64,000 bases of DNA. Source: Seison nebaliae (taxonomy: Eukaryota). The first letter of the stretch is position 1; each line of letters opens with the position of its first letter. The stretch is taken from contig JALJEE010000092.1 in NCBI GenBank assembly GCA_023231475.1, positions 1 through 64,000 of the forward strand, given 5' to 3'. Shown one piece after another: positions 12,485 to 25,700 of the stretch. A program made the translations under genes and the position numbers. The notes under the pieces are model-generated. The model was not told the origin of the DNA, did not search any database, and saw only the letters and a list, made by a program, of their open reading frames with translations.

Positions 12485-12842
12485 TGATATTGGTCAAAAA
12501 TTTTGGCTATTAGATACGGCTATTTTATAATATATACCATAAGACATTATTTATGACATGTTTTACGAACGGTGAAAAGTGTCGGATTACTTTTGTTTCT
12601 AAAGTATATTTCAATTCAATTCAAACTTTCACCTTACATATTTTACATAGCGACTTTTCTCGCACAATTCACCTTCTATTGATCCCCCGTATTAATTTCT
12701 ATTAAATTCTCAATAAACCAATATAAAGGACCAAATATAATATGAAAACCATATAATAAGGAAAAACTGTCATATAATTTTAATATGAAGAGAAATTAAT
12801 AAACATTGAATTTCTAAAATTTTTTTGAAATGTACAAAAATG

Positions 12843-13189
12843 TTATAATGCTTGCTTCACACATTTACTAAAACATATTAGCCAATCTTGCCATTTGTCA
12901 AAACAATTTTGAAAACAATTATCAAACTTTTCATCTAAAGTGGAAAATGAGAAAGAGGAAGAGAAGATGTGTGAACCACTTCGAACTTTCGAACCACTTC
13001 CAAATATCGAGTTCTTGTATCGTCGGGCGATTTGCTTGCACATTCTGACCGAATTGCTCATGGGAGGCGCATCATCTCTTCTCCAATAACAATCCGTAAC
13101 TGGAATGAAATTCGAATGGGATTGAATAGATAGGAATGAAGACTTGATAGAAGAGAAAGGAAAAGTGGGAGAATGATGAATAATCTCAT
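12843..13189 (-). CDS. Small secreted cysteine-rich peptide precursor, about 86 aa. Exons 13144-13189, 12977-13099, 12843-12934
   Basis: Signal-peptide-like MRLFIILPLFLSLLSITDC is joined in frame by a 44-nt GTC..AG intron. A likely 42-nt GTT..AG intron follows (3n length, so retention is also possible). Dibasic RR sites; C-terminal CFQNC...CFSKC. Confidence 0.6.
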
Positions 13190-13309
13190 TTTGTTGACGA
13201 AATGTAAATGAAGTGAGTGAAGTTCGTGGGTGAATTCAAAGGCCCAAATCAAATTTGGTATTTGGACATGTATATTTGGAAGATATTAGAATAATTTTAT
13301 TAGCTTAAT

Positions 13310-15452
13310 TTAACGATGAGGATCATTTTCTAAAAATTTTATGTTTCTCGATTGCTCATTAAAAAGACGATGGAGGAAATCCGATTCGTTAGATATTAAC
13401 GACCAACAATTATTGACATAATCGAATTCTTTTCCAATTGAGTCTTCCTTCATATCATCCACGTCCAACAAATGTTCTTCATCTGTTGAATTATAATAAT
13501 CGACAGATGTATCATTAAGTCGACAATGGTTATCTTCGCGACAAATTGAAGCAACTTTTAAGATTTGACAACACTTCTTCCTCACATTATGACGATAAAC
13601 GCGAAAGTTCTTTAATCGTCGATGCATCTTCTTAATTCCATGTTGACGAATTCGGACTAATAGACTCACACGAAAATAATCATAAGCGATGGTATCGATA
13701 AGATTCCAACGATACATCTCATATTGGTGATAAGATGTTAATTTAATTTTTTTCATACGTCGCTCATTTTTTGATTCGTAAATTATATCGTTCAACGTCC
13801 ATTTCACATCATCCATCATCAACAGGAGACTCTCATCGAAATATTCGAGAATTGCTACGAAATCGAATTTACTCCGTATTTCCATCAATCTTTCCATAAT
13901 TTCATTAAATCTCTCATTGGAAATTCCGTAGATATTATTCAATTTATGAGATGATGGTACTTTCACCAAATGATCATTAGAAGTTCCATAATAATCTGTG
14001 GAATTAAAGAAGCCCATTAAACCCAATTGATTATTTCGAAGTAACAAGAACATTTTTAAGTTTGCTTTCAAATTCTCTTCTTTCTTCTGAAATTTTTCCT
14101 TGTCCACTAATCGATTCAGATCGACATTGATTGTGGGATCATTGAAATTCTTCTCTAAAATTAATCGACTTATGTCAAGAGCGTTCCTCCATGTCCTTTG
14201 GCGTTCTTCCAAGAACCTCGTGATTTCCTTCGAATTCTTCGAATATCTCAAAAACATTTTCATATGGAAATATGTGTAGACACTTTCCATCGTCTTCGCT
14301 GGCTCTCTCATCATCGTTAAACGATACGTGTTATTGGGTTGGACGCGTCGCACTTCCTCATTCTTGTAATTGAGATGGTGAGCACAAAGAATATTATATT
14401 TTCGTTCAAGTTCACCGGATAATTCTTTGTTAATCGTCCAGCGTACTGGTAAGCCATAAATCGTTTTGAGAAATCTCTTTTGATGAGAAGATTCGAGAAT
14501 ATTTGTCGAATAAACGGGTTGGTTGACTAGAGAACGAAGATAATCGAAATTGACACCAGTTGATTGTTTCATCGACTGGAAATGATGGATATGAGATGCA
14601 CTAAAAGCGTATGGCCAACCAATTATTCCCAACGGATATTTGGAATGGATTGTCAATGTCTTATTAGGAAAGGCGAGAAGTAGATTGGGATTTTTAGCAC
14701 TAAGCCTTAGAAAGATTGATTGGAGAGTACTTGAACCGGTTTTGTGTAATTTGAGATAATAAATATTATTATTCCTTATATCAGAATTGTATCGGTTCTT
14801 ATGTAGACCATACTTTTGGAATTGATGCTCATATAATTGATTAGAATAAATTGAATTTAGAAAAGTTTTGAATGTTATTCTCTCAGTGTCATCCGACGAA
14901 CTCCGGTTAATATGATGCATTACAAAATAATTGTCCCATGCCAAATAATTGGGTTGGGATAAAATGTTTGCTTTCGATTTTTTCCCAAGACTATAAAAAT
15001 CATTCACGAACACAATGGTTAGAAGAAATAGATGTTTAGATCGGTATTACAAGTACAAAGACATCCCCCAATCAAAGATTAAAAGTATTCACAAATATAT
15101 CGACGAGAGCAGATATCGGAACAGGATGGAAATTAGTTTCAAATATTTTCATAATATTCCCCAAAAATCATTCAGTTCGAGTAACATGTTTGTTATTTAG
15201 ATCCAGTTTAGATATTCCCACCAAGTTCGTCACATTTTGATGGAATTTTTTTAGATTCCAATTTTTTCAAATGAAATAGAAGAAATGTAGAGATAGTGAA
15301 AAGGAAAAGATGAGGAAAAAGGAAAACTTGAGGAAGAAGGAATAGAAATTGTTGACGATGATAAATGTGATGAATATGACGAGAATAGTTGTAAGATAGC
15401 GACGAATTGAACGATAACATAATCGTCGAATATAATGATAAGTTGGATACAT
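13310..15452 (-). CDS. Galactose-3-O-sulfotransferase family type II Golgi enzyme, 2 exons (15328-15452, 13310-14990), 601 aa
   Basis: YLKLHKTGSSTLQSIFLR (5'-PSB), MREPAKTMESVYTYF (3'-PB), FDFVAILEYFDESLLLM and WNLIDTIAYDYF. The N-terminal basic tail plus TM segment is joined by a phase-2 GTT..AG intron at 14991-15327. Confidence 0.85.
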
Positions 15453-17771
15453 TAATCGGAAGAATTTAGCTTTAAATGGAATATTTGTTTCTTTTGTTTC
15501 CTTCTGCTATCTTCTTCTTTCTTCTTTTTTTTTAATTTACCTCAATTGTCGTCGCTATTGATAGATAATGTGCTACAGTTTGTCTTTGGTTAATTTCATT
15601 TCATTATATTTCATAAGTGGATAATTCAGCAAATGCAGTTAATGTATATTCTCTTCTTGCCAGTGAATGGGAAATCTGCCAACAAAACAGAAATTTCATA
15701 ATTTTCTTTATGCGAATGCAAATGCATTTGATACATGATAATGAAATCAAAATCGTCTACTGATGCTCATTCCAAATGAAATTTCTCTCATTTTCTTTTC
15801 ATTAGAAACTTAAACTACTCGGAGGAACGCATGAAGAATGAGATCGTCAAACCGATTCAGTGAGATAAACTCACGGTCAAACGGTATCAGGTCAATGATT
15901 AGGTAAACTTGCTGTTATAGCAAAATGATTATTTATGATATCACTCATCGACGAGATTGATGAAGTCTACTACTTCTATTTACTCCTCTACTTCACTTTA
16001 TGTATAATACTTCTCGTTTTCTTCCAAAATTCTCCTTATACTTCTTCCTTTTTTTTTGCTCCAGTCTTTCATCGATACGTCGGGGTGAAAACAAAATGAA
16101 AGTGACAATTGTTTAATGTTATTTTCATTGCAGCCTTCGGTAAGGAACATGACACACTGCATATCATTCTCATTCAGCACAGTCAGTTCTACTCGACTTC
16201 CAACCAAAACGATCATTCGAAAAAGATTACAAATTAAAAAAAATTTCTTCCAAATAAATTTCCATCTACCATTCTAACATGTCTGGAATGTTGAAGGATA
16301 TTCTCTTTTTACAACTACTCATCATCCACATCATTATTTTAAGGTGAATTAATTTATTCTTTCACCAAAAAAAGAAGAAGAAGAACCGACATCAACTCCG
16401 CATGGAAATTTCAAGAAAGTAAGTCTCATCGTCCAATTCTGACATTATTTCATTCAGAAAATAATCATCATAACAGAAGTAGTTCTTATGAAGACTGTCA
16501 GTATATTATATACATTCATCTCATCCCCGTTCAATTCTTCCTCCTTTTTTTTTAAACTTAATTTCGTCTCATCCCCGTTCGGAGAACGATTCACTCTGAC
16601 AGAAAGTTTAATTTCACAAATATATTTGTTTCTCATTCGAAGTATTCAACGGTTCTTCAAAAATTTATCATGAAACAACGAACAAATATTGTCGCTGTCC
16701 ACTTCCGTCAGAAAAGAACTTATATCTCATATTCTTCTCATCAAAAATTCATCGATTACGTAATAGAAATTTCGATGAGAATAATATTACATAACCGATA
16801 CTTTCATTTGTTGATAAGGAGAATTCTCTTTTCCTTCTAATAAACCGTTCTCAATCAACTGGTTTCTTCTGATTTTCGAAATTGAGAAGTGTATGATTTA
16901 ATTCGAATATTTCCATGAATCCTCTCTCAGCTTCTCCCCAAATTACTCCAATCGAAATGATTTAGTCAATCGAACAAGTAATTCTATGCTCAGCGATTTT
17001 CATGACTTAACATCGTCAAATATATTAAAAGACGAAAAAAATTGAGAATAAAACGATTTTATGGTGAAAATAATTGTTCGCCCTTACAGACTACAATAAG
17101 AAAAACATTTTAAAAGATTTATTCCATAAACTTATCCTTCTTATTTTTTTTATTTAACTTTAATTTCCCTTAAATATTTTTTTTCAATAGTTTTCAAAAA
17201 GTACAAGTTGTACCTTATATTTATTTTAAAATGAAAACAATCTTAAATAAATCTAATCAGACTTGGTGCGGCTCTGTTTAACCAAATTTTTCGTATTATT
17301 ATAGGAATGAATATTTCTCATAAAAACCCTCTTATTATAATCGTCAATTAAATGAAAAAATTTTAAATTCTAAATTATTTCCATCATGAAAGGTTTTTAT
17401 CATTATTTCCGATATACTTTATTAGATTGACAAAATTATAAGTGGGAAATGGTTGTACCATGTTCGAAAGAGATTCCTAAATATCTTCTAATTACAAATT
17501 GACATTTTAAAACTAATTGATCACTCTGCTTGAAATGACTTTGAATTACTTATCAATTTGAACTATGTAATATCAAGATCATTCAATCAATCAATCGTTC
17601 AGTATGACGGAAAATTTTCGAAAATATCAAACTTTCCCAATAAAACGTGATAAATTTGAATGGGTGAATCGAATGGAATTTCTTGTTAATCGGAGAAAAT
17701 TTTTTAATTTTCTAATGCATTCTGAATTAACTTCAACTAGATAACACACATTGTAAGAAGGGAATTATGTA

Positions 17772-18176
17772 GTGCTGTTCACAGGAACACGAACAAAAAT
17801 GTATGGTTCCTGAACAGAATTGTGATATCTGGTTTAAAAAATCATTTGTACCCAAACATCTGAATATATTGCTCTTATGGATACCGTTCAAACGCATGTT
17901 CCTATTTTGTTCGTATTCGGTTCTCTAACACCTTTTCTCAAAATTTAAAAATTTTCTGGAATTTGATTTGAGTTTTATATGATTGTCATTTGATTTATTT
18001 GTTCCTATTATTCGAGAAATTTTGTAAAATTTTTCTAAAGGATCTTCGAGAATAAAATGGGAACATGCGTACGGACAGTATACATAAGAACAATGTATTC
18101 AGGTGTTCGGATAAAATTCTTAATACCAAAAATCAGAATTCTGTTCGAGAACAATCAATTTTGGTGAAAACAGTAC
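17772..18176. mobile_element. Foldback/MITE element with long imperfect inverted arms and TA flanks
   Basis: Termini TA-GTGCTGTTCAC ... GTGAAAACAGTAC-TA. About 100 nt at 17812-17915 is the reverse complement of about 18047-18146. Confidence 0.8.
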
Positions 18177-20436
18177 TAGAATTATGGAAGGAAAACAAAA
18201 TTTTTAGCAGAATGTTTTAATAATGAATTTAGAGAAATTTTTCAGAATGAATCTTAATAAGTTTATTCAATTTAAGCATGTTTTATGAGAATTCATGTTG
18301 TTGAAACAAATCGATTGTACAGAATATATTTAATGAACATAGTTGATTTGATTTTATTGATGTGCTACCGAACAAATTAATCGATCCATCCACTAATGAT
18401 TAATATGACTATTCATCTTGATGTCATTGTACGGAGAAATACTCACAATCAGATAACTTCCATTATTCTCCGAATATTCAGTAAATATTCATAAGTTAAA
18501 TAACTCGAAGTATTTTCGTCGCCGTCGTCGTCGAAGAAATAGGCGGGGAAGGTCAAAACAGCGTTACCGCGTCTCGTAACAACGTAAAAGGACAATTATT
18601 CCATTCCCAACCAAATTATTACGATGGAGCATTCAAAGTCAAATAAAGAGGAATGTCATGGAGATAAGTCGGAGGAATGAGAATTTCTTCCACTTTTGGA
18701 GGTCACATCAAGTGGTCACTAACTTCTGGTTAAATATTGGAAGTTAATCTCCATAAATTTTCCAATTTCTTCCATAAATAATCCTTTTATCACCCAACAA
18801 TAATTAAGACTTGACGACAATAGATAAGTCCACTTATCTTCTTATTGAAATTAAATCCAAATTAGATAAGAAGATTAAACGTTTTTCTAAATGTTTTTCT
18901 CGAAAATCAGTTAGACGATATACATGTTTTCTTCTTCTGGGTAACAATTGATATTTCGAATAATCATTAGGGGGACGTGAAAAGGTCGTAATTTTTCTTA
19001 ATGAGGCGATGGAAAGTTCGAACAAATTCCATTTCCATTATTCATTTCCTTCCTCACTCACTCCCAACCTCTCGGATAGGATCGTTTTTCTTTCACTTCT
19101 TCTCAGAAGGGAAGAAATATGAAACTTCTCTTCTGACATCCAGATCTCATTTGAATTTCCTTCTTCCATTGTGCCGGATTGTCAGCGATTAGATAAAATG
19201 ATAATGGGAAAAATATTTTAAAAATTCCACTAAACTAATCAATTGTTTTCTTTTATTTGTTTAACAACTTTTCTTTATTTAACCCATGTTATCTATCGAA
19301 GAGGATAGAGATCCGTTATGGCGTGTATGATTTTCATACTTGTCATATCTATTCATCGGACAATTTTCCAATTTATCAAACATTTGGAAGTTGGTGTGAA
19401 AGTAAGTGTATTAGTGTAGAGACATTATCGTTCCATGCTAAGTGAATGTTAAATGATCGTATTGTTAGTGGGGAGAATTAAGAAGGGGAATTGTCGGTGT
19501 AGAGAATAACCTCCAACTGAATTTATAGGGAGATTATTCTTTAATATTGTTCAATTGTCCGTTCGAAATGTTTGAATGGTTCAATCGAACCTTCTTATTC
19601 CAGTTCAGTTGGTCATTCTCACAAAGATTGTTAGTTGGAAATTTGAAAAAAAAAATTTTAAGATGACTGATAAATTGAATAAAAAGGATACTAATTCTGA
19701 CAAAGACGGTCGGAGACATTGTATAAGTAAGGAAAGAAGAAAATTGAAGAAAAATTTTAATTGACTTTTTTTTTGAAAGAAAAATCCAAATTAGAAAAGA
19801 GGCCGAGATGAACGAGGAATCGTTTAATAATAATTCTTCAAGAGAGAAATATTGTCTCTTTAATGAAGCATTTCATGTTGATTCGGAACATTTCATTAAT
19901 CGTCATAGTCACCAGGGGATAGGGTCTCTATCATCATCGATGGACGACGGAGATGGAATGAAAAAGGGCAAATTATTTCTCAAATGAACTTGAGTGAGAA
20001 AGAGAAGATTAAATATTTTATTTTTCCTTATTAGAGAATCGTATTCAGAAAGTGTCACCCTAAAAAAAGTTCACTCTCCCGTTTTTGAGATTCGTTTGTT
20101 CTTTGGCACGTTATTCTCACCAATTCATGTTACCCGAAAAAAAATATTTTTTCTCTTTTTCTTCAACCATCTCCCGTTGTATGTTGGTTTGAAGATATTT
20201 GACTTCTTCTCTTTGTTCAATTGACAAGTTAACGCTTCATATAAATGACTTCTATCGGACTCAATAATTTTTCTTCTTCCTTTCCTGTACTCTTCATTCT
20301 CATATCTCATTCTATTTCCTTCATTTCCACAGTCCGCAACACATAATAAATGTTGTCCGAATCGAAATAATTTGAATTTCTCTATTTATTCTTTCTTCCT
20401 CTCAATCGATTTCTTTTCTCTCTTCTCCTATCCTAT

Positions 20437-20478
<42 letters not shown>
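20437..20478. repeat. (TAC)n microsatellite
   Basis: About 14 perfect trinucleotide units, followed by TTA/TTG/ATG low-complexity runs. Confidence 0.9.
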
Positions 20479-20998
20479 CTATTACTTGTGGTATTTTTTA
20501 GGTAAATTAGATTTTTGTTTATTATTATTATTGTTGTTGTTGTTATCGATGTTGTTGTCGATGATGATGATGATGATGTATAATTCCTGTATACGTTCGA
20601 TTTTGGAATTGTGTTTAGATTATCATTAAGAGAATGAGTATAAGATGATGGAAGTAAAAAAGAAATTATTTTATATCGATCGCTTGTGGAGGAGTGACGG
20701 GAGGGGGGGGGGAGGTCATGAGGAATTGGTTCGAATGTCATGAAACTTATATTTGTGAGTTGAGAGGAAATAAGATTAATTAAGAAAAGTTTATGAAAAG
20801 TTTCTGGAGGAAATATTAGTAGAAAAAATTTCAATTTTTTTCATTCAATTCGATGAATTAGTTAATTGTAAACGAATTTCATGGAGGAATCCTAATCACC
20901 TGTCCGTCTCTCTCTTAATATGACATTCTCTTTCTTTCTCTTTCTTTCTCTCTCTTTGTCTGTTTTGATGATTTGTTTGCAGGATTTATGTGGATAAC

Positions 20999-21448
20999 AT
21001 GAGTGGCAGTCGTCTTCATCGAATCGGTACAATATTTACCAGATTGACTGGATTAATTAATGGTAGAGCTGTCCGTTATGAGGATCGGCCGATCTGGTAC
21101 GATGTCTATGCTCGATGTCCACCGATACGACCACCTCGATTCCGATCGGTTGGATTTAATGATGTGGAACCATCATTGAAAATTGACGATATCTTATACG
21201 AAGAAGATGAATTACGATCTATGTACAATGAGAAAGTTGGAGATCGAGACGTTGTATTATTGTCATTTAAGAAAGAAAGAAGGAAGAGTACTCGCGAATT
21301 GTTCATTGAGCGATTGATTAATTTACGTTCTTCAAATGATGATAAATCAGAGAATGTTTTATTTTATGAAACGACAAAGGAGATGATGGACGATGGTTTT
21401 AATATTTATGAGAAGAAGAAACTTGAGAAAAAATTAATAATTGAATAA
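20999..21448 (+). CDS. MRPS23: Mitochondrial small-subunit ribosomal protein S23 (mS23), 149 aa
   Basis: MSGSRLHRIGTIFTRLTGL...DRPIWYDVYARCPP...ILYEEDELR matches the mS23 family pattern. Confidence 0.9.
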   Translation: MSGSRLHRIGTIFTRLTGLINGRAVRYEDRPIWYDVYARCPPIRPPRFRSVGFNDVEPSLKIDDILYEEDELRSMYNEKVGDRDVVLLSFKKERRKSTRELFIERLINLRSSNDDKSENVLFYETTKEMMDDGFNIYEKKKLEKKLIIE

Positions 21449-21690
21449 ATAGAAATTTTTTTTTTCATTTCTATGAATTATTTTATATCAACTCTTCTGG
21501 ATAAAGAGAGATAATTCTGTTTTTCTTTCAATTCCATTAGAAAAAAGAAATTTTAATTACCTAAATAATTTTGTTCATTTCTATCATTAATTTTCTTTTT
21601 TCGATGAGTAGAATATTTTTCAGAGAAAAAAAAAAGAAAGAGAATGTTATATTTGTAAATTGAAGGAAATCGAATCGGAATTGGAAGATA

Positions 21691-22762
21691 ATGTCGAGAG
21701 GAACGAGAGACGAATTAATTTCATTGATTCAAGACTGGAATTGTAGTCGATTGGAATTATTCGCTTTGTCGGAACCGAACGAGAATTTGGAATTTCACGG
21801 AGTCATCCGATTTTATTTTCAGGATGGAAATAATAAAATTGTGACGAAATGTGTTCGTGTCAGCAGTTCAGCAACGACACGAGATGTTATCGAAGTATTG
21901 ATAGAAAAGTTTCGAGCTGATATGAAATATTTGTCAGACATTAATGATTATGCTTTGTATGAGATCCATTCGATTAATGATGAAAGGATGTTGGGTGAAT
22001 ATGAATATCCATTATTAGCACAATTGAGTTGGGTGGAAGAAGGACGAGAAGGAAGATTTTTATTGAAGAATGAACGAATAAAATCGAATTTATCAAAAGA
22101 GATCGCTAATGATCAAAGTACGTTCAAAACGAGATTGTCGAAAAGAGAGAGAAAGAAACGAGAGAAGGAAGCGAAGAAGAAGAAATCGACAGGAAAAGAT
22201 AATTCGAAGAATAATCAAGAGAAGAATAAGAAGGATGAGTCGAATGCGAAACGTCTTTATACGGAAGTGCCGGACAATCAATTCACGAGATCAATCTCCA
22301 ATCCTGAAATCGTTATGAGAAGACGACGACAAATGAAGATTGATAAGAAACTCCAACAAATCAAAAAGAAGGATGGAGGCGGAACTCTAAAGATTTACGG
22401 AGAAGAATTAAGATCGGATATTCCGTACAAAACACTCTTGTTGTCTAGTCAAGATACGGCTGCGTATGCCGTTCGAGAAATGTTGGACAAATATGGTTTG
22501 AAGAATATGGATCCGTTGAAATTCCATTTAATCATGAGAATTATTCCACTAAAAGAAGATAAGAAGGAAAGAATTCGCGAATTAGTTCTCAACGACGACG
22601 ATTGTCCATTAGGAATTTTGATGCAACCGAATAATCCAAGAGGTACGATCAATTTTCAAATTCGCAAATGTTCCGAGAAGCAATATGAAGAACGTTGTCG
22701 AATTTATAATGAACAAATGTTATTGGAAGAAAAAGAATTCGAATTAAATTTTATAAAGAATG

Positions 22763-22796
<34 letters not shown>

Positions 22797-25700
22797 GCAA
22801 CAACAGAATGGAAAGGAATTAACATCTTATAAATTACAACAATCGTCATCAACAGCATCGGATGATATGAATAATCGTCATCAACATCAACAACAACAAC
22901 AAAATGTTCATCATAATTCCCATCAACAACAACAAAAACAACAATTACAAAATCATGATCAACAACAACAACAACAAATGATGAATCAATCAAATTTCCA
23001 TCATTCTCAACAACATCGATATGGAGAGAATTCATTAGAGAAACATTCATTGCCACCACCCGATTATAATCATTATGATAATGATTATAAACAACAACAA
23101 CAACAGCAACATCAACAACAGCATCAGCAACAGAAACAACATCAGAAACAGCTATTTAATAATTCATCAATTATAACAACCAGTACAACTACCACATTTC
23201 CATTGGGTGGTGGAGGAGGAAGTAATGGAGGGAATGGTGGTGGATTACCATCAGTGTATGAGAAACAAATGGAAAATAATACTAATGGTATTACCACATC
23301 GTTGAATCAGCGAACGATGCAGAATATCTCATTAAATACGAACAAACTCTCATCGTCAATGCCAAGAATTAATATGGAGAATGAGATGTCGAGTCATATG
23401 GATAAGAGAATGGTGAATGATGATGTTGTCGACACTAATGAATTGAGTAGAGGAGAGAATCGTTTCAAAGGAAACGAAACGAATAAGCAGGAGCAGAAGG
23501 AGGAAGATCTCAGTACATTTGTAATGCCTCAGGACGACTTACCCGGACTGGTAGAAACGACGGACGAAAGTGAAATTTCTTTTTTAGATTCCGTCATTTT
23601 ACAACCAGATCCATCACGTCTATCCTTCAAACTCTCGCCCACTTATTGCATTTATATGATGTTACGATATCGTCTCTCACTTTTATATCGAACTGAAATT
23701 TTCACTCAAAACGATCGAATGGAAAATGCATCAAAATTACTTCAAGAAATCTCATTTCAAATCGAACGAGTCGTCAATCGACATCGAAAGAATGCATCTT
23801 TTCTCGCTTTCTGGATGGCGAATGCATCCGAACTTCTCTATTTCATTAAGCGTGATGTCGAACTCTCCAATAGTAATGTGGATATTCAAGAGAGAATTGC
23901 TGATTCTATCGAGAACACTTTCTCTTATTTAATGACATTATTTCAACATGAATTACTTCAATATTTACCAGCTTTTTATGATCCATCCGATTATGCCGAT
24001 CATTATCAGAAAGAGATAATTTATGATGCTGAAACATTACCATTATTGCCATCAGTGGCTAAAACGACAAAAGAGAAAATAAATTCCGATCAACAATCGC
24101 CAACCATTTCCGATGTTGTTTCCGTATTGAATGTGGCGATGAGTCTATTGAGGAAATGTCGAGTGAATGCCGCTCTCACTATACAATTATTCTCGAAACT
24201 CTTTCATTTCATGAAGATGTGGCTCTTTAATAAGTTGTTGGTAGAAACAGATTCACATTTATGCACGAAACAATGGGGTCAACGACTTTATAGTCGATTG
24301 TTTGTCATTCAACGATGGGCATTGAGACAAGGATTGGAATTAGCAGCTGATTGTCATTTCTCTCGAATAATTCAAGCGGCTGATATTCTACGTTGTGATA
24401 AGACGGACATGCAACTCCTCCATCAAAAATTGGAGAATGGACTAAAATTGAATTCACTCCATTTGCGCACATTGTTCCAATTGTACGAGTGTGAGAATGA
24501 TGAAGTAACAATTCCTTATTCGGTGATGAGGACGTGTGTCCAAATCGCTGAGGAGACGGTTGACGAACAATTACGACAAAATCAACAACCAATTCGTTTG
24601 GAAGAAGATGTCGATTTAAATTTACCGTTCCTCCTACCGGAAGATGGTTATTCTTGTGAATGTATCAAAGGTATACCACATGGAATTTTCGAATTCTTAC
24701 AACCTTTTGCACATGCCGGTTATTGTCAATTGTTGAAATCAAAAGCGAGTTCTGGTTCTTGGTGTGTTTTCATGAAAGCGATTAGTGAAGATGATTCCGA
24801 TTCCATTACAGCCATTAGTACTACACAAGGAGCTCCACTCATCAAATCGAATGATTCGTTCGAAGATATCATCCTACAACAACAACAACAAGAGCAGCAA
24901 CAACAACAACAAGAACAATTTAATCATCATCATATAAATGAGAATCAAAAAAGAATTGAATTTGTTGAGAATCAAAATAATTTACAAAATCATTTGAATG
25001 ATCAGAATGAAATGAATAAGAATGATAATAAATATTTATCTGGAAATATTTATGACAACAATTTCCCACAAACCAAAAACGAATCGAAAGAGATGAATGA
25101 TGGTGATATTATCGATATCACATTGGAAAGATGTAACGGTTTAGGTATTAGTATCATTGCTTTGAAAGCTGATATGAATTATGGGATTTTTGTGAAAAAT
25201 ATTGTTATTAATCGTCCCGCTTATCTCGACGGTCGTTTACATGCTGGCGATCAATTATTAAGTGTTAATGGTCATTCATTGATTAACGTCCCTCAAGATT
25301 CTGCCGCTACAATGATTCAAGCTGATGGTAATCTGATTCGTTTGCGAGTGAAGAAAAGAGCAGCAAAACTATATGGATTGACATCGTTATTAGATACACA
25401 TCCATTATTACCGTATCAGAATGGTAAGACACAACATCAATCAACAATTCCATCAACAACAACAACAACAACATCTACAGGACTTGGATTGTATAATTCG
25501 TTATCAAATCATAATCCTTTTCCCCATACCACCACTATGAGCACGATGATGAATAATGAGAGTACGCTATCAAGAATGAATCGGAAAGATACTTCCGAAT
25601 TAATTAATGGAATGATGGCACCGGTGCCATCAACATCATCATCTGCATTTCCAATGATTTCTTCAAATCTTTCAAATAAAACTGCTATCATGACTGATTT

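Noticed and set aside
16280..20070. Exon-like fragments on the plus strand (16.3-16.8 kb and 19.3-20.1 kb)
   Set aside because: No consistent phased gene model and no recognisable motif; cannot be supported without RNA data.
20372..20834. ORFs with poly-T/L/M/S runs
   Set aside because: Products of trinucleotide microsatellites.
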